Positions 13,646-24,653 of a stretch of 64,000 nt of DNA are shown here, piece by piece. The notes below the pieces were generated by a model. It saw nothing but the letters and a program-made list of their open reading frames with translations, did no database searches and was not told the origin of the DNA. The stretch spans positions 291,276,001 to 291,340,000 of the forward strand of contig OZ024743.1 in assembly GCA_964016885.1 (NCBI GenBank). The letters are read 5' to 3'. Numbering within the stretch: the first letter of the stretch is position 1; each line of letters starts with the position of its first letter. Both the position numbers and the translations under genes were made by a program. This stretch comes from Eledone cirrhosa (lineage: Eukaryota).

Positions 13646-14475
13646 ATTTGTGTTTATTTATATATGTATGTAGATATTTATGTTTATGATTGTGTGCGTG
13701 TAAGTGTGTGTGTGTAAATGAATAAGGGGAATTCTCATTCGTTTCATCTTTTCACTATAATTTTTTTCAAATCGCCTAACTCCTTCCCCATTTCTTTTGT
13801 ATTTTATCCCTATCTTATTTCCTCTTTCTAACACTTATTTCTTTTCATCTATATATTTAAAAAAATATATAGTACTATTGTTATATGTAATGACCAATAT
13901 CACCGTACTAAACATCAATGTCGTTCAAATAACAGAATCATATTCATTTATGTCTAGTGTCGTTTATCCGGGTTTAGCCGTCTCCTGCTAATACTTATAA
14001 TACTTTGCATAAAATATATTCGGTTTATGACTCATTCTTTCAAACACGGCTACGATAGATGATTCCCTTCTAAATAGATAAACATTTATCTTTGTATACT
14101 AGCTACATCTTCTACTTGTGCGACTATATGAGCGCGTGGGTGCAAGCACATATGAGGGTCAGATCGGAAATAACAAAACGAGGGACAAAGTAATCAAGTT
14201 ATAGATTGAATAGTGAAACATTGAAAAGGTCTTCAAAAATATGTGAAATTCTACTAGACCGTAATAAATTATGGCATTACTGATAATACGCACCATTAGT
14301 AAAAAGGGAGTTGTAAATGTGAGCACAACAGTCAGTTTTGTCACATATTGATTCACATTAAATCTAGCTGAGCATTATATTATAGGTATATGGCTGATAC
14401 GGCTCAAGATCTATTCCTTTTATGAGGCAGCTGGACAATTCCATATATTCCTTTATATATATAAATATATATATA

Positions 14476-14968
14476 TATATTGTTATACTTTGGGAGGGTC
14501 ATGTTGCCAATAAGAAACACACCTCCGTAAAAACACTTATTAGCAACATGTAAATAAATAAACAAATAGATAAATGAACACAAACACACACAGACACCCG
14601 GATGTGGCGCATGCGCAAACTGAGCACACAACACACACACAGAAACAAAATGGCGTAGGACAGAAGAAAGGAAAGGCACAGAAACAAAGAAAGGAATCCC
14701 CAGTCACTGAAGAGGTCACACAGTGTGTGACGAAAGGACTATGACTATATATAAACAACTATCTGGTTGTGGAACCAACCAACCAACCAGAAATTTATAG
14801 ATTTGTAGATTTGTAAATTTATAAATTTATAAATATATAATAAATTGAAGTGAAATCTACTGGTGCGTGTGTTTCTTATTGGCAACATGACCCTCCCAAA
14901 GTATAACAATATCGGTTTCAACACACGATTTCAGATAAAGAATCTTGCTAAACAAATTCAGAAACGAT
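14476..14968 (+). mobile_element. PLE terminal-repeat family B, with short inverted 3' fragment on the left
   Basis: Plus arm ~14530-14968 ending CAGAAACGA(TA)n; minus arm 14476-14523 ending AACAATAT; homologous to 16303-16905, 6515, 59557. Confidence 0.8.
14702..14746 (+). ncRNA. Minimal type-I hammerhead ribozyme, family B
   Basis: AGTCA-CTGAAGA-G-GTCACAC-AGT-GTGTGAC-GAAA-GGAC-TA-TGACT: 5-bp stem I, 7-bp stem II, ultra-short stem III typical of PLE HHRs. Confidence 0.8.
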
Positions 14969-15000
14969 ATATATATATATATATATATACATATATATAT

Positions 15001-15221
15001 AGTAATAATAATAAATTGAAGACTAAAATCCAAAGAGGGCTCGATAAGAATAAATATATGTCAAATATATAAGAACCGTAGAGCAAATATTTATTAAAAT
15101 AACAGATTAAAGTTTAAGCAAAGAATCGCTGTTTTCACCCTTAACGGCATCTTCTGAAGATCCCGTTAAGGGTGAAAGCAGCGATTCTTTGCTTAACCTT
15201 TATTCTGTCATTTTAATAAAT
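15001..15221. mobile_element. PLE terminal-repeat family C, head-to-head palindrome
   Basis: Centre at 15155 (ATCTTC-T-GAAGAT); arms match the pLTR of the PLE at 30280-33740; left arm longer; (TA)n on both sides. Confidence 0.8.
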
Positions 15222-15323
15222 ATATATATATATATATATAAGTAAAATTTGTATTTAATTTGTTGGAAGTCTGACAAACATAAATGTTTATATCTGATTT
15301 AGAGCACTCAACAAGGTACTAGA

Positions 15324-15358
<35 letters not shown>

Positions 15359-15860
15359 AGCAAGTATTGCACCAAGAAAAATAAAGATATCGGCTTGAAA
15401 GGAGATTAGGAATGTATTTGCTTTAATATATGTTTCTATGTTTGTTAAATTTGTCTACATATTCTGACTACAATACATATATTGTTCAATCATATGCAAT
15501 ACTTAATTATTTATCATACTACATATTAAAGAAAATATATATATATATATATATTAACATTATTTGTCTAAGCGGACAGTATTTGATTTAGGAGTCGCAG
15601 AAACCCAAATGCTGGACTTTACCAACCATCCAGGAGTCGGGTAAATTTTTCAATCACATTTTTTTTATTTGTTTGACCCGACTTACTTGGTCGTTTCTAT
15701 GGCTGTGCGGATAATGGTTAACCATCGTCTCAGTGTGTTTGGCTTTTAACGTATGCTGTAGCTCTGGTTCGTTAGAATTTATTGAGCGCTTGCCACACAT
15801 CTCGGAAGTTGTTTTTCGCTAATTTCCAATAGCCGAAATACGATTCTCGCTAATTTATAT

Positions 15861-16232
15861 TCTAGGAGAAGGAAAACTCTGATATAACACCTGCAACCCT
15901 GATGGTATCCAATGATGTTGACTTGTTCTTCTTTTTGGTAAATATCATCTTGGTTATGAGAGTGAGACTGGCTTTGTGCAGTGCCTTTGCTCACTATAAA
16001 AGCTTCACGGCACAGGCATTGCTTTATATCTGGAGATCTCTCTGCACTTGTCGTCACATGGTATCATGGGCCCAGCACTATGTGTCAATAATTGTCACGA
16101 GTGTAGTGTTTGTACCAGAGTTTTCAAGTCGCTGGCTGGACTAAAAAGTCACACTCGTTCAGCGCATCGGTAAGGGTTCTCCTATATGGATATAAAGTAG
16201 TGGCCGTACTCGAAAACGAGTTGGCAGCCACC
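15861..16232 (+). mobile_element. Bipartite non-autonomous RTE-derived element (5' UTR joined to 3' end)
   Basis: Near-identical to 51240-51612; 5' part resembles the 5' UTR and 3' end CTCGAAAACGAGTTGGCAGCC resembles the 3' end of the RTE at 59765-63400. Confidence 0.7.
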
Positions 16233-16233
16233 A

Positions 16234-16302
<69 letters not shown>

Positions 16303-16304
<2 letters not shown>

Positions 16305-16902
16305 CGTTTCTGAATTTGTTTAGCAGGATTCTTTATCTGAAATCGTGTGTTGAAACCGATATTGTTATACTTTGGGAGGGTCATGTTGCCAATAAGAAAC
16401 ACATGCACCGGTTGCTTTCACTTCAATTTATTATATATTTATAAATTTATAAATTTACAAATCTACAAACCTATAAGTTATAAATTTCTGGTTGGTTGGT
16501 TGGTTCCACAACCAGATAGTTGTTTATATATATAGTCATAATCCTTTCGTCACACACTCTGTGACCTCTTCAGTGACTGGGGATTCCTTTTTTCGTTTCT
16601 GTGCCTTTTCTTTCTTCTATCCTACGCCAACAAAATGGCGTAGGATAGAAGAAAGAAAAGGCACAGAAACGAAAAAAGGAATCCCCAGTCACTGAAGAGG
16701 TCACAGAGTGTGTGACGAAAGGACTATGACTAGATATATAAACAACTATCTGGTTGTGGAACCAACCAACCAACCATAAATTTATAACTTATAGGTTTGT
16801 AGATTTGTAAATTTATAAATTTATAAATATATAATAAATTGAAGTGAAAGCAACTGGTGCGTGTGTTTCTTATTGGCAACATGACCCTCCCAAAGTATAA
16901 CA

Positions 16903-16905
<3 letters not shown>
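16303..16905. mobile_element. Family B head-to-head palindrome (~270-bp arms) with two hammerheads
   Basis: Arms ~16360-16629 and 16636-16905, 6-nt loop ACAAAA; HHRs at 16534-16578 (-) and 16687-16731 (+); left arm ~57 nt longer. Confidence 0.9.
16687..16731 (+). ncRNA. Minimal hammerhead ribozyme, family B
   Basis: AGTCA-CTGAAGA-G-GTCACA-GAGTG-TGTGAC-GAAA-GGAC-TA-TGACT. Confidence 0.8.
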
Positions 16906-16989
<84 letters not shown>

Positions 16990-17139
16990 CATACATACAT
17001 ACATACATACATACATACATACATACATACATACATACATACATACGTATATATATATATATATACAGTATATATTAAGGAGTTCAAGGAGACAACAGAG
17101 ATACAAAAAGTCTTATTTGTTTCCCGCTTTATATCGGAA

Positions 17140-17630
17140 AGAAGTAAGTTCGACATGTCGGGCTTAAGCCCTACTTTAGCAGTACAAATAGAGACAGGAT
17201 CACATATACTAAACCTCTCTTCACACGGACATACGATACAATACGATACAATACGATACTTTATACACACAAACATTGTCAACTCACATATTTAGTACTT
17301 ACATTCGCTCATACAGACAAATCTACTTCCACTAACACAATGATATATGCATACACTCCCTATTGTTGTTATATTACACAATTTACCTCTACAAATAACA
17401 CACGTTTAAACTTACACTTACAGTCACACATATAACGATGGTGTTAGACACACTCTCTACTTTGCATTCTTACTCGTCACCAAGATTACCTAACGGTTTT
17501 CTTGTTTCCAAACTTATTTTTCATTTTGTGTGTCATTACCGGAGCTTTTTTCTGTTTCAGCTTTCTAATCCTGTCTCTATTTATACTTCCGAAGAAGGGC
17601 TTAAGCCCGACACGTCGAACTTTATTTTGC
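17140..17630. mobile_element. PLE-like terminal repeat family D, inverted pair with degenerate hammerhead
   Basis: 17140-17200 (-) and 17569-17630 (+) share ATCCTGTCTCTATTT..AGGGCTTAAGCCCGACA(C/T)GTCGAAC; HHR core decayed (CGAAGA, GACA). Confidence 0.55.
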
Positions 17631-18234
17631 TCGTACTCTTTCGTTATGCCTATCTATTTACTTATATATATCCATGTGAGCATTTAATAATAATGGAATT
17701 ACAGAATACTAGCATGACTTTTTTGTTTGTTTTAACAAGAAGCAGAAAATTAAATTAGTATAACAAGAGAAAAGCAAGACCTGAAGGCTTCATATACAAG
17801 TATTATAAGTCTACGCCTCGAAAGAAAAATAGATTCGAGAAAAATCGAAGCAGTATTCTTCTTTAACTCATTCTAATAGAACACTCTGTTCTCCTAAAGA
17901 AGAAACGATGCAATAATATTTAAATTAATATATAGAGAAATATAAATACATAGATTTTCTTAAAAATTCATCTCATTAACATTTCAGCCTATTCTTAAAA
18001 GGACCTTCGATTTATAAAGTATTTACATATGGTAACCAATATTATTCAATGTCTATAACTTTTTAATCTTTTCTTATTTCACTCTGTATATTTACTGACA
18101 ATGTGTTTACTACTAAGCTTTGAGATTTCATGTAAAAATTGATAACATCTAGACAAAATAGACGGTAGATTTCTTTCAGTGCTATATATAGTGTTATTTC
18201 ATTACATAGTGACAATGCTTTATTATTATTATTA

Positions 18235-18276
18235 TTAATGTCTACTTTATGTAAACCCTTGTGGTTAATAAAGAAA
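18235..18276 (+). repeat. 42-bp exact copy of the Tx1 element 3' terminus
   Basis: TTAATGTCTACTTTATGTAAACCCTTGTGGTTAATAAAGAAA identical to 24280-24321; embedded in (ATT)n. Confidence 0.95.
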
Positions 18277-18513
18277 GAAAGCATTATTATTATTATTATT
18301 GAATGCCATGGTTGACGGAGGCTCGGCTCTGTAAGGTATAGTAATTTTTAACCGTTAAAACAATTGTAAATTGTTTAAAACTTGAACCAAATTGTTGATA
18401 AAGACACCCTCCTCCTCGTGAGAGGGGTCTTTCTGTCCGTTATTTGGCCCTTCGGGGTTAAATAACCAGTTATTGGGGTTTTGTACCCAAAATTTCATTT
18501 TAAACAAAAAAAC

Positions 18514-19275
18514 ATGGCTACGAAAAAGAAATTTCATACGTCACTCCCACTCATTCCGTCTTCTTCTTCCTCAATCATCACTACAGCAGAGAGAAGATTG
18601 TCTCTCTCCCTCCCTTCTTTAAATGTGTCTCTCTCCCTCCCTTCTCTTTCGCAAGCGACGAAAGAAAAGAAAAGTCTCGTGCAAAGCGTGCAAGGTTTCT
18701 CCACGACGACGACGACAGCGACGAAACAGGTGTGCGGGAAATACGAAAACCCAGTTCATTCGTCTGACGTCAGGGATAATAGCAGTAGCAGCCGTAATAA
18801 CAACAGCAACAGTGACAATGAAAACAACAGTAGCAGCCGCAACAGCATCACCAGCGGCATAAACAACAACAGCATTAGCAGCAACACCAACAACAACCAC
18901 AGCAACAGCGGCGGAGGCAGTAGTCGTAGTACCTGCAGCAACAACAAAAGTACCAGCAGCTCTGACGACAACAACAACAGCAGAGAAAAACCAATCTCAT
19001 TTGCAGGTATTGCGAAAAACTTGGAAACAATCCTCATAACAAATGAGGAATTAGAGGAAGCGAAGAAGATGGTGACAAAGAACGGACACCGAGCAATCTG
19101 CAAGGCAACGAAACATTTTTTCGAAACCCAAGAGCACTGTACGGTCACGTACCGAACAGTAAGTACAAAATCCCGTAGGGTGGAAAGAGCCACAGAGGCC
19201 CAAATACAAAAAGCCTTGGGGTCTGTGTGGCAGAGGAAAACGCACATCACCCGAGGCAAAAATACGCCACCGTAG
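18514..19275 (+). CDS. Tx1 ORF1 N-terminal part (Ser/Asn-rich region, start of RRM-like region)
   Basis: First ATG at 18514 (MATKKKF); overlaps ORF1b in the -1 frame near the A5 run at 19258-19262. Confidence 0.65.
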   Translation: MATKKKFHTSLPLIPSSSSSIITTAERRLSLSLPSLNVSLSLPSLSQATKEKKSLVQSVQGFSTTTTTATKQVCGKYENPVHSSDVRDNSSSSRNNNSNSDNENNSSSRNSITSGINNNSISSNTNNNHSNSGGGSSRSTCSNNKSTSSSDDNNNSREKPISFAGIAKNLETILITNEELEEAKKMVTKNGHRAICKATKHFFETQEHCTVTYRTVSTKSRRVERATEAQIQKALGSVWQRKTHITRGKNTPP

Positions 19276-20606
19276 ACGTACTTTTTGCCACACCCCAGGA
19301 GGCAAAGGCCCAATCAGTAGTGACCCTAAGGAGCGAGGAAATGGTGTTGGTGCCATCCTACTGCGGGCAAAAAATTGTGAGGGTCAAACTGACCCACGTC
19401 CCCCCCGGAATGACCCCTTCTTGGCTGGCCGCGTCTGTCCTCGTCGGAATCGAGGACAAAACAACTGTACTGCAAGTACAGAAAAAAGTAAGAGAAGATT
19501 GGGTCGGCTCCTCCATTGAGATGCTAATCCAAACCAACCAGGAGTGCATCGAAGCTATCCCGGATGTGATAGACTTCGATAACGGCACTCAACTGCCCAT
19601 AAGTGTTGAGGGCAAACGCCCGAAATGCTTTCGCTGTGGATCGAAGACTCACCTCAGGGCCTTCTGCAACGAGAAGACCCTGAGAAAGGAGAAAACCCCC
19701 CTCCTTCCGAATCCGGCTCCACGGCTACCAGCAACAGGACAAGCGGCAACCAGGAACGATAGGTCCGTGGCACCCATACCCACGCCACGGAAATCAAAGA
19801 CAGCAGCAGCAGTGGAAATATTAACAACAACAACAGCAATACCAAATGCAGCTGCAACAGAGACTCCAGTGCAAACATCACCAACAACAACAAGTGAAAG
19901 AGTGGAGCTGGTACCCCTCCCCGACCTTACAGAATCAGACATGGAGTGTGAGGTGGGAGAGGGATGGCAAAAGGTCGCAAGAAGGCACAAACGCAGAAGC
20001 AGCGCATCGTCGCCTTTGAAAAGGGAGGAAAGAAATGAGAAAAGGGTAAAGTCTACTGCAAAGAGACCCACAGCAGCAACACCACCAACACCATCACCAC
20101 CCACACCAGCACCACCATCACCACCGGCGACAACCCCACCGCCAACAACACCTTCAACACCACCACCACAAGCACCAACATCGCAAACACAACAACAAAA
20201 CACACACACCCAGCAACAACGACAAGAAAATAGCAGAACCACACCCCACCCCCAGAAAAACAAATGCACGGCAATAAACACACACAACAAGAAACTAATG
20301 ACTTACATAATTGAACACACAGACATTTCACAACAGGACTACATAATACCAGCACCAATCAAAACGCCAACTAACATAAGACTGCTAAAAATAGCACAGA
20401 AACAATACACAAACATTAAAACGAAATTCCCCAACGCAGTTGGTGATTTCAGGGACCTAGGAGGAACCATCAATCGAAGAGTATATTCAGACATTCTCTT
20501 AGAAGAGCCGACGACCAGCCGAAGGGACGATTCAACGGTCCCTTCACCAGACGATCAAGTGAAAAGGGATGTAAAAACCATCCCTCCTCTACCAAAAGTA
20601 CGGTAA
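19227..20606 (+). CDS. Tx1 ORF1 C-terminal part (RRM-like, CCHC zinc knuckle, Pro/Thr-rich tail)
   Basis: VDVLFATPQEA..VRVKLTHVP (RRM-like) and CFRCGSKTHLRAFC (CX2CX4HX4C); ends 35 nt before the ORF2 ATG. Confidence 0.8.
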   Translation: MAEENAHHPRQKYATVDVLFATPQEAKAQSVVTLRSEEMVLVPSYCGQKIVRVKLTHVPPGMTPSWLAASVLVGIEDKTTVLQVQKKVREDWVGSSIEMLIQTNQECIEAIPDVIDFDNGTQLPISVEGKRPKCFRCGSKTHLRAFCNEKTLRKEKTPLLPNPAPRLPATGQAATRNDRSVAPIPTPRKSKTAAAVEILTTTTAIPNAAATETPVQTSPTTTSERVELVPLPDLTESDMECEVGEGWQKVARRHKRRSSASSPLKREERNEKRVKSTAKRPTAATPPTPSPPTPAPPSPPATTPPPTTPSTPPPQAPTSQTQQQNTHTQQQRQENSRTTPHPQKNKCTAINTHNKKLMTYIIEHTDISQQDYIIPAPIKTPTNIRLLKIAQKQYTNIKTKFPNAVGDFRDLGGTINRRVYSDILLEEPTTSRRDDSTVPSPDDQVKRDVKTIPPLPKVR

Positions 20607-20641
20607 GTGGTCTTTCCCATCTTTTCCACTCTATTTTAAAC

Positions 20642-23600
20642 ATGACCTCACTCAGAATAGGCAGCATAAATGCGCGTGGCTTGGGGTCGTCATGGAAGCA
20701 GGGTCACCTGCTCAACGACCTCAGGTCACTAAACATAGATGTAGTGGCCATCAGCGAGACCAGAATCTCCGAAGCACGGGCCTTCGCACCGATCTTCGGC
20801 GGCTACGATGTGTACGCATCTCCCAGCCGTCCTGGATCGGGTGGAGGAGTTGCTGTGCTTTTTCGGAGAGGTTTGGATCTCGCCATACGGGCCATCTTCC
20901 TGGACCCAGAGGGTAAGCTGGTGGTGCTGGACGTGACCAGCGGAGACGGGCAAGCTTTCAGGCTAGTGGCCGTCTATGCCCCGACAGGAGCAGGGCGGCC
21001 TGATTTCTTCCGGCGTCTGGAGACCTTTCTTGGAACGTCCCGCTCTTTAGTGTTAGTGGGCGACTGGAACGGGATCTTAGATGCACGCTGGGACTGTGTG
21101 GGATTAGCGGATAGGGGTGGAGGGTGCAAGAGCCTCACCAACCTGCTCAGGCGTTTTGAACTGTCTGACAGGTACCGATTGGATTTCCCGAATGTGCCAA
21201 TGTGGACTTGGACAAACCGCATAGGGTCATCCAGATCATATCTAGATAGAGTATTTTGTAGGAAAATAGATAGGTCTAGCATAGGCTGTCCACAATTCAA
21301 GATAGTCAGCTACACGGACCACAAATTCGTGACCTGTGTGCTTGACTTAGATAGGCTTCATAGACGAGGACCCGGCTACTGGAAGCTAAACGCGTCCTTA
21401 CCAGCGCGCAAGGCCTACAGAGACCGGATTAGCGAACTAGTTAAGCGGGCGTTGACGGGGGCCATCGTCAACAACAAGTGGTGGTTTGCTCTGAAAAGAG
21501 CGATTAGAATAGAATCGATTAGGTTTAGTAAGGCTTTAGCAATAGAGAAAAATAGAGCAGAGGGAGAACTAGTTAGAAAATTAGACGAGGCGCTTAGCAA
21601 AGGCATTGCGACCGACGTGCTTGCGGCGAAATTGGCCCTTGACCAATTCTTCAATGCAAAGCACGAAGGCTGCGTTGTCAGAGCTAGGGTGCGTGCTCTC
21701 AGACACGAGGGGACGAAAGCCGTTCAATGGGCCCGAGTGGCGGAGGCGCGTCGTGGCAACAAAGCCACGATCCGGTCTTTGGTGGACCACGACGGGCGCA
21801 TGCTACTCGATCCCGGGCAAATGTGTGAAGCTTTTCAGCGACACTTCGCTCAGCTGTTCGGGGGCAGCGGGGGGCCGGGTAGAGGGATGGACTTTAGTGT
21901 CTACCTCGACGGACTGCCGCGGCTCTCGGCCACTGAGGCGAGGTGTTGCGAAAAGCCGATAACAGCCGCTGAAGTATGGGAGGCAATGACTGGCTGCACA
22001 AGGGGTAAATCGCCTGGTTTGGATGGTCTGCCCTATGAACTTTACGTACAGATGCCAGACTTGTTCGGAGGCCTCTTGGCGGACGTCTACTGCAACTGGC
22101 AACAGAACGGGAGAATTCCCAGTTCTGTGAGCCGAGGAGCGGTGGCACTGCTGAGAAAGGATCCGAACAAGGGGGATAACATAGACAATTTCCGGCCCAT
22201 AACTCTGCTAAACACAGAGTTTAAGATTTTGGCCAAGGTGCTAGCAAAGAGGTTGGCGCTTGTCGTTGGTGGTCTGGTGGGAGAGGCGCAGACATGCGCC
22301 ATTCCCGACAGATCCATCCACGACAACCTCCACCTCATGCGATACATCGTAGAGAGGGTAGCTAGGGAACCTGGCACGGGTGGGTCCTTGATCAATTTAG
22401 ATCAGTCGAAAGCTTTCGATAGGGTCGACCATCGTTACCTAGCGGCAGTCCTGAGGGCGGCTGGCTTTGGGCCCGTCTTCAGAGGCTGGATCGCTGCCAT
22501 GCACAGCGACATCTGCTCTGTGGTGAGAGTGAACGGTCACCTGTCGGAACCGTTCAACATCATGCGCTCGGTCCGCCAAGGATGTCCCCTCTCGTCCCTC
22601 TTGTACGTATTGACTCTCGAGCCATTACTGCACAAACTGGAGACGTTGAGGGGAGTCCCGCGCGAACTAGGATGCGGAAGATCCGTGTCAGCATATGCGG
22701 ACGATGTCACCGTAGTGGTGTCGAACGCCAAACACATCGAGGCGATCGGCACTACACTAAGAGAATACGAAGCGGTGACAGGAGCAATGATCAACCAGGA
22801 AAAGTCAGTGGGCCTGCAGCTTGGCACCTGGAGAGGCAGGTCCATGCCGTCCAACAGCGTCGTCGGGCGCTGGACGGACGGACCGGTTAAATTGCTAGGG
22901 GTCTGGTTCGGTCCGGACCTCCAGACGGACAAAAACTGGGACGAGGTGACGAGCAGGGTGGCTTCTCTCACCCAGAAATGGGCGGAGAGGAAGCTATCCC
23001 TGAAAGGTCGAGCGGAGGTGGCTAACGCGTACATCGCGTCTGTCATCTGCTACCGCCTAACCGTCGTACCTTGTCCTAAGCCTCGCCTGACTGCGCTGGA
23101 GCGTTTGCTCTTTCGCTTTTTGTGGAAGGGACGTGCTCCGATGGTCAGGCGGTCCATCTGTTGTCAACACCCGCTACGTGGAGGGCTGGGCATGCCGTGG
23201 CTGATGATGCGCAGGCACGCGCTCAGGCTACGACATCTCCACCTCTTCCTCGACGGTGATCAGGTGTGGTCGCCGTTTGCTAGACGCGTTTTTCCCCAGC
23301 TCGTTTCCTTGACGGAGCTGCAGTCCTGGGTCAAGCGAAGACCGAGAGGGAGCGCCTGGAGACTGGAATGTCTTCAGGCGCTCACAGCCCTCGACCAATC
23401 GGGCAATGTGATCGGTGGAAACTCCACCTCGGCGTTCTATAGAGGATTAGTGGATGGGAAGAGCGACGACGTACTTGGGGAAACTCTAGGCGTCGACGAA
23501 AATCAACTAGCCAATCTCTTCGGAAGAACTTTCGGGCCAGGGCCTATGGACAACTTCCAGAAATCTCTGGCCTGGCAGTGCTACCGAGGAGCCTTGCCAG

Positions 23601-24061
23601 TTCGGGATAAACTCTACAGGCATGGAGGTGCCGTCAGCCGGGCATGTCCGAGATGCGCGCAGGGCGACGAAACCGTCCTGCACGCACTCGTCCAGTGTCC
23701 GAAAATTGCTGACTTGTGGGTTTATGTCGAACACCTGCTGTCGCGTTTAGGACGGATCCAGCTATCATCTGAGTCTATCGTGAGGATTGCCCCGCCCTCC
23801 TCCTTTAGCCGGGAAGGGCAGGCAGTTTTTATCTGTCTGGTGGCCATGGCGAAAGAGATAGTATGGTGGACACGTTTGAAAGGGCTGAAGACGAGCACTT
23901 ACCTCTTCGGTGATGCTCTGATTGACTTTTTCAAATTTCATTTGAGAAGGAAAATCAGAGTAGAGAAGGAAGTGCTCTCTTCCCAGCATTTTGTTGAAAG
24001 ATGGGTGAGAGAAGCAAGAATGGCCCGAGTGAATGGGCCGACTCTGAGTATATATCTGTAA
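20642..24061 (+). CDS. Tx1/L1 ORF2: APE endonuclease, reverse transcriptase, C-terminal zinc finger (1139 aa)
   Basis: APE motifs SINARGL, ISETR, VYAPT, GDWN, YLDR, TDH; RT motifs SPGLDGLPYELY, FRPITLLN, DQSKAFDRV, VRQGCPLS, YADD; CPRC..ETVLHALVQC. Confidence 0.97.
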   Translation: MTSLRIGSINARGLGSSWKQGHLLNDLRSLNIDVVAISETRISEARAFAPIFGGYDVYASPSRPGSGGGVAVLFRRGLDLAIRAIFLDPEGKLVVLDVTSGDGQAFRLVAVYAPTGAGRPDFFRRLETFLGTSRSLVLVGDWNGILDARWDCVGLADRGGGCKSLTNLLRRFELSDRYRLDFPNVPMWTWTNRIGSSRSYLDRVFCRKIDRSSIGCPQFKIVSYTDHKFVTCVLDLDRLHRRGPGYWKLNASLPARKAYRDRISELVKRALTGAIVNNKWWFALKRAIRIESIRFSKALAIEKNRAEGELVRKLDEALSKGIATDVLAAKLALDQFFNAKHEGCVVRARVRALRHEGTKAVQWARVAEARRGNKATIRSLVDHDGRMLLDPGQMCEAFQRHFAQLFGGSGGPGRGMDFSVYLDGLPRLSATEARCCEKPITAAEVWEAMTGCTRGKSPGLDGLPYELYVQMPDLFGGLLADVYCNWQQNGRIPSSVSRGAVALLRKDPNKGDNIDNFRPITLLNTEFKILAKVLAKRLALVVGGLVGEAQTCAIPDRSIHDNLHLMRYIVERVAREPGTGGSLINLDQSKAFDRVDHRYLAAVLRAAGFGPVFRGWIAAMHSDICSVVRVNGHLSEPFNIMRSVRQGCPLSSLLYVLTLEPLLHKLETLRGVPRELGCGRSVSAYADDVTVVVSNAKHIEAIGTTLREYEAVTGAMINQEKSVGLQLGTWRGRSMPSNSVVGRWTDGPVKLLGVWFGPDLQTDKNWDEVTSRVASLTQKWAERKLSLKGRAEVANAYIASVICYRLTVVPCPKPRLTALERLLFRFLWKGRAPMVRRSICCQHPLRGGLGMPWLMMRRHALRLRHLHLFLDGDQVWSPFARRVFPQLVSLTELQSWVKRRPRGSAWRLECLQALTALDQSGNVIGGNSTSAFYRGLVDGKSDDVLGETLGVDENQLANLFGRTFGPGPMDNFQKSLAWQCYRGALPVRDKLYRHGGAVSRACPRCAQGDETVLHALVQCPKIADLWVYVEHLLSRLGRIQLSSESIVRIAPPSSFSREGQAVFICLVAMAKEIVWWTRLKGLKTSTYLFGDALIDFFKFHLRRKIRVEKEVLSSQHFVERWVREARMARVNGPTLSIYL

Positions 24062-24321
24062 ACTAAAGGTGGAAAACTGGGAGAGGGCACTTGCCTTGGT
24101 GGTCAGGGTCATTGTGGCTTTTTACTGGGCTTTCTCCACAAATGTCCCTCCGAAGTCTCCCCCCTATTGGGGAATTTTTCATTGTTATTTTCATTGTTAT
24201 TTTTGTTAGATCCTCTGTTTTTGTTTTTTTACACGCAGAAATGCCCATTTGTACCGTCCTGCATTGTCCTGCACTGTCCTTAATGTCTACTTTATGTAAA
24301 CCCTTGTGGTTAATAAAGAAA

Positions 24322-24371
<50 letters not shown>

Positions 24372-24604
24372 AATGTCTCGTTTATAGACTTGAACTAATT
24401 CTGGACTCTATTTACCTATGTATGTTTTTTTTTATTTATCACTATAATAACATGAACATCACCGTAAGACAGATTTCAACGCAAACATTTGTAGGAACAT
24501 CAAACGATGTACATAGTATTTAGAAACCGTAGGTTCCTGAAAGAACGTAATTTCTACACGTACCAAACACAGAATTATGTTATGAATTACAACAATACAC
24601 ACAT

Positions 24605-24653
<49 letters not shown>

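Larger units (their letters stand above)
18301..24321 (+). mobile_element. Near full-length Tx1/L1-clade non-LTR retrotransposon inserted in (ATT)n
   Basis: 5' UTR, split ORF1 with CCHC knuckle, intact ORF2, ~260-bp 3' UTR with AATAAA; (ATT)n on both sides; visibly GC-richer than flanks. Confidence 0.92.

Noticed and set aside
18619-20358. Long antisense ORFs over Tx1 ORF1
   Set aside because: Shadow frames caused by CAA/CCA low-complexity composition.
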